Virus record (IMG/VR): IMGVR_UViG_3300032329_000628
Span: 1 to 30,825 of that record
DNA: 30,825 bases
Reading direction: 5' to 3' (one strand)
Source: a virus
Lineage: Duplodnaviria; Caudoviricetes
The notes beneath the pieces are model-generated. The model was not told the origin of the DNA, made no database searches, and saw only the letters and a program-made list of their open reading frames with translations. The translations under genes were made by a program, and so were the position numbers. Positions 25,176 to 30,825 of this stretch are shown piece by piece (positions within the stretch are counted from its first letter, which is position 1; each line of letters starts with the position of its first letter).

Positions 25176-26390
25176 TTACTTCAACCTCGCGGCAATGGAT
25201 CGCTCGATCTCTTGTCGGTTGGCTTGAAAAAATGAAAGACGCTCTGGTCCGGCAGACATGGACTCGTATTGCTCGATGATAGAGAGGGCCGGTGCCTCCT
25301 CGACGATCTCAGGGATCTCAATGGATGCGGAAAGGCCCATTACTGAGAGGACGCTGCGGTGGAGGAAACGAAGCTCGACCATCTCGCTGTCGCGCTTGGA
25401 AAGTTCGGTTTTGGCCGTTTCCAGATCGCTCTGAACGCGGGAAAGTTCGGTCTGGATTTTGGAAAGTTCTGTCCGGGTGGACTCCAATTCGGTGGTGACC
25501 GCATTCCATGAACGGGACAACTCGGCGGGTGCAGGAACCTTTTCCTTTTTAGCAGGAGTAGGTGCCTCCACCTTGACTTCTTCGGGGAGATTCTGTGTGC
25601 CTTCAGGCCCCTTGACCTCTTTGCCCCCTTCAGGATCGTTCTGTGTGCCTTCAGGCCCCTTGACCTCCAGCTCTTCCTTAATCTCGGAAGCGGGTTCCTC
25701 GGTCACCTCTGGTGCGACTTCGGCACCCTCTGTGGCGGGATCGATGGTGGGTTCAGTAACCACCTCTTCAGCGGTCACGGCGATCTCCTCGACGGGAGCC
25801 TCTGGGGTGGTGGGTTCACTCATAGATGGGTTGGAAAAAAGTCCGTTGCCGTTGCCGGTGGCGGGATTGGCGACCAGATCCGCGCTGTAAAGCTCACAAA
25901 CGCGGGCGGCATAGGCCACGATGTCGTCCTGGTATTGAGGGTTGATTGATCCAGAGACATCGTCCTCGTCGCCATCCGGCTCCATGTCTTTGCCATTGAT
26001 GGCCTCCGGCGCATTCATGAAGGAAATGGAGATGCCAAAATTGCTGGGCATGGTTTCGGCCATCTCAATGATGGTCGCGTAGTTCTCGTGACTCTTGAGG
26101 AGATAGAGGTCACCGCGAACGCAGTCGCCATCGGAAACAATGTCGCGAATAGAGCCAATCAACTCTTCGATGTCGGTGCCGTGCGCCAGCTTGACCGGCA
26201 CACCATCGGGAAAGGTGGCGGCGGCGGCTACCACTTCAGCAATGGTCTGATCATCAATGATCATCGGCTCACCGAGGAAACTGTGACCCTTGGCTTCACC
26301 CTTGGTGATCACCCGGACGCCACGGATCACTCCGGCCTCCGCATCAACACGGGAATCGGTAGCAGTTGCAAATAACGAGACCTTGGACAT
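25176..26390 (-). CDS. Prohead protease-scaffold fusion
   Basis: GEAKGH, KLAH, FGISIS and SADLVANPA motifs, then an acidic P/E linker and an ELS coiled coil. Confidence 0.82.
   Translation of the reverse strand: MSKVSLFATATDSRVDAEAGVIRGVRVITKGEAKGHSFLGEPMIIDDQTIAEVVAAAATFPDGVPVKLAHGTDIEELIGSIRDIVSDGDCVRGDLYLLKSHENYATIIEMAETMPSNFGISISFMNAPEAINGKDMEPDGDEDDVSGSINPQYQDDIVAYAARVCELYSADLVANPATGNGNGLFSNPSMSEPTTPEAPVEEIAVTAEEVVTEPTIDPATEGAEVAPEVTEEPASEIKEELEVKGPEGTQNDPEGGKEVKGPEGTQNLPEEVKVEAPTPAKKEKVPAPAELSRSWNAVTTELESTRTELSKIQTELSRVQSDLETAKTELSKRDSEMVELRFLHRSVLSVMGLSASIEIPEIVEEAPALSIIEQYESMSAGPERLSFFQANRQEIERSIAARLK
25591..25667. repeat. 29-bp exact direct repeat (48-bp period) encoding EVKGPEGTQN twice
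   Basis: 25591-25619 is identical to 25639-25667. Confidence 0.9.
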
Positions 26391-26407
26391 TGCTTTCTTT
26401 GCCGATG

Positions 26408-27910
26408 TCAAACCGCAGGAGCTGAATCCGATGCCGACTGATCCACAGAGACCGGAGTTCCGGGTGCTGGCGGAAAGACTTCCGAAGTGGTGAGTTCCAC
26501 GCCCTCTTCGGCAGCGATCTGCTGCACAAGTTTCTTCCGACGTGCGGCGAACCTAATGATGTCGGCATCTTGCGTGTCGGCGTCCAGACCCTGAAGGGCG
26601 TAATATCTCTGCGGCGAAATCTGACCACGGAGCAGGAGGTCACTCATCAGCCGACCATCTCTGCCGAAATCCACAGAGAGGCGGGCCGGTGGCGTAAAGT
26701 CCACCCTCCACCAATCCTCTCCATCGTTGGGCATCGGCAGCCGACCGGCTTGGATCTCATTCCAGATCCAGAACCTCCAGAACGGTGCGGCAAAACTCTG
26801 AGTGATGATGTCGCGGATCTCATCAATCGCGGAAGCGGCTTCCTCCAAGATCCAGCGTTGGTTGGCCCCACCGGCGTCGGTGGAATCAAAAAGGAACTGG
26901 CTGGAAAATCCAAGGCCCACACTGATCTCTTCTTTGAGAGTCCCAAGGAACTCTCTCATGTTCCCGGCGGGGTGGTTGTTGAGAATGCTCTCAACCTTTT
27001 CTCCGGGCTTGAGCTGCGGGATGATGGAACCATTGGACAAGGCATCCACGGTCATCGGTTGCTGACTGCTGGTGGATTGACCTTTGACCAGTGAAGAACC
27101 GAGTCCGATCTGTCCGGCCTCAGGGGAGGTAATCACCAAGGCCATCGAGGCACCGATCTTGGCCGACTGCTTTTCAAAAGCGAGATACTCGGCAATGTCC
27201 TGAAGGGTATTGGCGGCGCGGGCCAGCCAGCTTGGTGCGCGGGTGTACCCGACGCGGTAAGCGCGGCGGACGTGGCCTCCCATGTCTTCGGCGCGGACGT
27301 CGTTATAGTCCTGAGATGCCGGAGCCTTCAGCACCCGGTAGCGGATTGGCTTTCCGAGCTTCCCAACCTGAACACCGTCCACCAATCCCTCATCTTCTTT
27401 GCCAACAGGGGAACCTACGTTTTCTCCAGGGATAATACGAAAGAGGCCGCGCCCAGAACTGGACGTGATACGCTGCCAGAATACGTCACCGGCAATCGCC
27501 ATCTGGCGAACCAGAAGTGGGACGGCCTGATCAAAGTTCACAAAGCCCGCGACATCCACACCAAAGGCTGCATTGCGGCAAGCGTCACCAAAAGCCTGCT
27601 CGGCCTGACGGTTCCACTTCTCATCCATCGTGCGAGCCTGTGGCTGAAGCGGTCCGACAAGGCGGGCAATCTTGTCCACGGCACCTCCGGCCAAACCGGA
27701 ATTGTTATACAAATACGTTGCTTTTTTAATAAGCTCCAATCTGCTTCCGCTAGTAAGTTCTTTCTGAGCGTCCAGCGTCGGGGAGTAAATCCACATCCGC
27801 TGCGGGTTGAACCGATAGGATGCCTCATAGGCGGCCAAATCGGTTGCGGATTTCTTGGGGCGTCCGGCTCCGGGGCGTGACCCGCCCCTGTTTGATTTGC
27901 GCTCAGTCAT
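26408..27910 (-). CDS. Portal protein, lambda family
   Basis: LYNNSGLAGG, GDVF, DGVQVG..GKPIRY and LKPGE motifs; position after the terminase genes. Confidence 0.88.
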   Translation of the reverse strand: MTERKSNRGGSRPGAGRPKKSATDLAAYEASYRFNPQRMWIYSPTLDAQKELTSGSRLELIKKATYLYNNSGLAGGAVDKIARLVGPLQPQARTMDEKWNRQAEQAFGDACRNAAFGVDVAGFVNFDQAVPLLVRQMAIAGDVFWQRITSSSGRGLFRIIPGENVGSPVGKEDEGLVDGVQVGKLGKPIRYRVLKAPASQDYNDVRAEDMGGHVRRAYRVGYTRAPSWLARAANTLQDIAEYLAFEKQSAKIGASMALVITSPEAGQIGLGSSLVKGQSTSSQQPMTVDALSNGSIIPQLKPGEKVESILNNHPAGNMREFLGTLKEEISVGLGFSSQFLFDSTDAGGANQRWILEEAASAIDEIRDIITQSFAAPFWRFWIWNEIQAGRLPMPNDGEDWWRVDFTPPARLSVDFGRDGRLMSDLLLRGQISPQRYYALQGLDADTQDADIIRFAARRKKLVQQIAAEEGVELTTSEVFPPAPGTPVSVDQSASDSAPAV

Positions 27911-28019
27911 ACCGACCGCCACCTGTCAAAAATCAAACGGAAATCAAAGCGGGGTTACCCGCGCTGGCATTTGCCATATGGAGCCGACCGATATGGCCGA
28001 CACGCGGGCCAAGAAAGAC

Positions 28020-28334
28020 TCAGGTCACCGACCACGTCCGAGAATAGTCAGGACGGGTGCCAAGCTGGCGGCTGGTGATCGTGCCGTCGGAGTTGGCAGG
28101 ATAGTCACCCTTCTCTTTGCGGACATCCATTACGATCTCCAGATACAACCACTTGGGAAAAGTCACTTCCCCATTGGCCGACCCTCCATCGGAGGCAGTT
28201 CCGGTGATCGTGACTTCCTCGGTTGCGGAGAGGAATATGGCATCGGAAAGCACCTGAAGCTCTTCCAGGCTTTTGTACCGGAGATAGCTTTTGATTCCAG
28301 AGACCCTCTGGTGGTCGACCGTGTTGACGCTCAT
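28020..28334 (-). CDS. Head-tail adaptor (gpW position)
   Basis: 104-aa ORF between TerL and portal. Confidence 0.6.
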   Translation of the reverse strand: MSVNTVDHQRVSGIKSYLRYKSLEELQVLSDAIFLSATEEVTITGTASDGGSANGEVTFPKWLYLEIVMDVRKEKGDYPANSDGTITSRQLGTRPDYSRTWSVT

Positions 28335-28363
28335 GCCAACGCGGCCAAGTCAAACCATGCTGA

Positions 28364-30130
28364 TCAGTTTTCTTTTACAGGATCCGGTTCTTTGCGACCG
28401 AAATTGTTCCTCATGATTGCCCAGGCCACGCAGTGGAGTTTAGAGCAATCCCCGTAGTGATCAGCGGCAACTTTTTTCCAGTAGAATGGAGAGACTCGGG
28501 AGTTCTTATTCTCCAGCATCTGCTGGCCGGAGTGACCATCGATAAAGTCACGACCGATGTCCTCGGGAAGGTGAAGGCGGGGCGGGAGCTTCTTCTTGAT
28601 GCGTTCCAGATAAAGGTGGGTCTTCCACGCAAAATCGCCGTAGGTGTAGAGCAAGAGGTTCAACCCTTTGATGGATGTCACGGCGTAGTTTCCAAAAGTG
28701 CTTTCGGATCCCTTCGATGGATAGTAGAGTCCGCCCGACTTGGCACAGACTCCGTAGACCCTTTCGGTCAGGAATCCGGAATCGATCAGTCCCGCCGTGA
28801 TCCCGATCACATCCCCTCCCCCCGGTAACTGATAGCGACGGGCCGCTAAGAAATCCAATGAGATCAAATCCTCCACCGAGAGGACAGTTCCGTAATCGAT
28901 GACCCAGCTTTCTCCCTGGTCATTCCTTGCTTCCACGGTCCAGTGCGTGGCTTTCTCTCCGGGATCGGCGCACAAGGTCAGGATCACCGGAGATCCATCC
29001 CTCATGACCTCATCAGGGATGTCACGCAGCCGGTAGCCGGTACGCAGATCGAGGATCGCCTCTTCCCTCACCGACGCGGCGCGGTTCTCAAAGGGAAGGC
29101 CTTCGTAGGTATTCCGAAAATCATGCAAGCCTCCGGGCGTGGATTGCTTCTGGAGGAACAGCTTGGCCAGTTCTCCCCAGGTCATCTGAGGCGAATACAG
29201 CGCAGAAATATGGCAGGAGATATGATCCCGAGGAGCTAAGGGATTCCCAGCGATCCAACGACCGGAGGCCACCAGATCCCTCTGGATCTCTTGTGGCCAG
29301 AGTTCTCCGCATTCCCGGCACTGATAGCAGGCGGAATCTGCCACGCCATCCAGATCCCATGCCCCTCCCGCAAGGCGAAGCTCATCCGACCACCGCACCT
29401 GGTCGAACTCGAGATGCTGCTCTGATCCACAGGACCGGCAAGCAACATGGTAGCGGTGCTGACTACCGGCCATGAACTGCATCCAAATCGCCGAGGTCTC
29501 GACCGTGGGAGTCGATGCCAGGACACGCTTGCAGATGTTCCGGTAAAAATTGGTGCGGGCGATCGCCAGTTCAAGGGAAGGAGCTTCCGTAGCGGAGGCG
29601 TCCGGCCACTTGTCCACCTCGTCACAGAAAAGGTATCGGGTGGGGCGCGAGGCAAGATTGGCTTCGGAGTTTGACCCGACCAGCTTGACCGTGCAGCTCT
29701 TGAACTGCATTTCGGTTTTCTTAAAGAGATCGGGATCCTCTGGCATGAATGGACGCAGCGCAGCGCACGACCGGACACGCGGGATCAGCTCACGTTCGCT
29801 CCAGCTTTTGGCATTCTCAGCCGTCGAGGTGACATAAAGCACCGGTCCCGGATCTTCGGCGACGGCGTATTGGATGAGATTGGCCAGCAGGGTGGTCCCT
29901 CCGATCTGGGCGCTTTTCACAAAGGTGATCTGCCGGATTGTGCGATCTCCAAACCAAAGGTGGAGCTGACGTAGGTACGGCGTAAAATCACAGGAGAATC
30001 GTCCTGGGCGCGGGGAGAAGCGCGGATCCAGAACGATCTCCCTCTCGGCCCATGTCAGAGGATCGACACGGTCCTTCGGCTCCCACATCGAGGCGAGATC
30101 CGACTCAAGCCTCTGGAGTGCCGGTGACAT
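28364..30130 (-). CDS. terL: Terminase large subunit, lambda gpA family
   Basis: KSAQIGGT, YLFCDEVDKW, ASTPT, two CxxC pairs, nuclease ADPG...DSG...HYGDC. Confidence 0.95.
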   Translation of the reverse strand: MSPALQRLESDLASMWEPKDRVDPLTWAEREIVLDPRFSPRPGRFSCDFTPYLRQLHLWFGDRTIRQITFVKSAQIGGTTLLANLIQYAVAEDPGPVLYVTSTAENAKSWSERELIPRVRSCAALRPFMPEDPDLFKKTEMQFKSCTVKLVGSNSEANLASRPTRYLFCDEVDKWPDASATEAPSLELAIARTNFYRNICKRVLASTPTVETSAIWMQFMAGSQHRYHVACRSCGSEQHLEFDQVRWSDELRLAGGAWDLDGVADSACYQCRECGELWPQEIQRDLVASGRWIAGNPLAPRDHISCHISALYSPQMTWGELAKLFLQKQSTPGGLHDFRNTYEGLPFENRAASVREEAILDLRTGYRLRDIPDEVMRDGSPVILTLCADPGEKATHWTVEARNDQGESWVIDYGTVLSVEDLISLDFLAARRYQLPGGGDVIGITAGLIDSGFLTERVYGVCAKSGGLYYPSKGSESTFGNYAVTSIKGLNLLLYTYGDFAWKTHLYLERIKKKLPPRLHLPEDIGRDFIDGHSGQQMLENKNSRVSPFYWKKVAADHYGDCSKLHCVAWAIMRNNFGRKEPDPVKEN

Positions 30131-30710
30131 CGGTGGCTGGGGTTTTTGTAATCCACGGAGCCGATGCCGAAGCACTGGCAAGCTCGCGGAGGATGGCGAC
30201 CACCTCTTCTCTGACAATTCCTACGACATCAACATGGGATTCGATCCGAGCCGCAAGGACATCGGGAAGGTTCTCCATCAACTGCTTGGCCATTGCCATA
30301 TTCCCCAGGATAAATTCGGAAACCTTGGAAACATCCACAAGGCGACCGGCTGCCGTGGCGATTTTCAGGTTATTCTCAGAGACGGAGGCCCAAAGCTTGT
30401 GGGCCTCGATGGAAGATTTCAGCAGAGTCGGTAGGGAGTTGATGTCACCACGGGATTCCGCCTGATCACAGAGAAGCGAAAGCCTCGCATGGCGCACGGC
30501 AGCGGCCTGCTCGGTTTCCTCCGGGGTCATGGGCTTGGCACTGGCCTCGGGACGTGCAAAGGAAAACTGCGAATCCTGTGCACGAGACCTTAAGAAATCG
30601 CGCCAACGGGGGTCGTCGGAATTGCGCCAGTTCCGAACGGCACGGACGGAGACGGAGTGAAACTTTGCACATTCCTCAATCAGGGCGGATTCATGGCGGG
30701 ATTTCCTCAT
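30105..30710 (-). CDS. terS: Terminase small subunit (Nu1-like)
   Basis: N-terminal HTH (SVSVRAVRNWR), GRLVD...LP..LA pattern; overlaps the terL start. Confidence 0.8.
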   Translation of the reverse strand: MRKSRHESALIEECAKFHSVSVRAVRNWRNSDDPRWRDFLRSRAQDSQFSFARPEASAKPMTPEETEQAAAVRHARLSLLCDQAESRGDINSLPTLLKSSIEAHKLWASVSENNLKIATAAGRLVDVSKVSEFILGNMAMAKQLMENLPDVLAARIESHVDVVGIVREEVVAILRELASASASAPWITKTPATDVTGTPEA

Positions 30711-30813
30711 GGCTTCCGAGGAATGTCAAAGGAACGGAACGGAAGGGGTCGGGAACGGAAGGAACCTAAGTGGTTCCCTAACCTTGCCAGCTAATTCACG
30801 CAAAATTAACGAC

Positions 30814-30825
30814 AGTGCGCCCAAC
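30814..30825. repeat. Right copy of 12-bp terminal repeat (putative cos end)
   Basis: Identical to 1-12; about 100 bp upstream of terS. Confidence 0.75.

Larger units (their letters stand above)
11089..30730 (-). promoter_or_regulatory. Recurrent TTTGAC element upstream of late genes (11 sites)
   Basis: Plus-strand GTCAAA starting at 11089, 13989, 16107, 19892, 20751, 23406, 24169, 26407, 27925, 28349 and 30725; nine lie 14-16 nt from a start codon. Confidence 0.8.
1..30825. mobile_element. Probably complete temperate phage genome (siphovirus-like, lambda-type packaging)
   Basis: Packaging, head, tail, lysis, integrase/attP and replication modules are all present; 12-bp direct repeat at both ends; no host housekeeping genes. 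Confidence 0.93.

Noticed and set aside
27931-28019. Structured ncRNA between adaptor and portal genes
   Set aside because: Only short hairpins (GCCATAT/ATATGGC and a weak terminator-like stem); not enough evidence.

Overview
The window looks like a complete ~30.8-kb temperate siphovirus genome. It has a lambda-type packaging module (TerS, gpA-like TerL, lambda-family portal) and a 12-bp terminal direct repeat (AGTGCGCCCAAC at 1-12 and 30814-30825) that is probably the cos end. The late genes run on the minus strand from 30710 to 7792: terminase, portal, protease/scaffold, capsid, tail with a -1 frameshifted chaperone, tape measure, tail tip and fibre, lysis genes, dNMP kinase and metallophosphoesterase. 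A plus-strand cassette encoding a Chlorella-virus-like ATP-dependent DNA ligase and a small DNA-binding protein interrupts them. The lysogeny region has no recognisable HTH/S24 CI. It has two divergent paralogous ribbon-helix-helix (RHH) genes, a xis-like gene overlapping a tyrosine integrase on the opposite strand, and an attP (3' part of a tRNA-Gln) flanked by GGCTACACT arm repeats. The attP lies inside the first small ORF of a translationally coupled early/replication operon. That operon encodes an AEP-type primase and a P-loop helicase-like gene split by an inserted ORF, and is followed by an iteron-like repeat cluster. The most notable signals are: (1) TTTGAC 14-16 nt upstream of nine late-gene starts with no -10 or SD, plus a sigma-region-4-like phage protein as candidate reader; (2) an RHH-pair switch in which integration separates the early operon from its upstream signals; (3) the split helicase; (4) a latch-less Chlorella-type ligase cassette. 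The host is unknown; A/C-rich SD-less leaders suggest PVC/Verrucomicrobiota, which is inference only. All family calls come from motif recognition by eye; no database searches were run.
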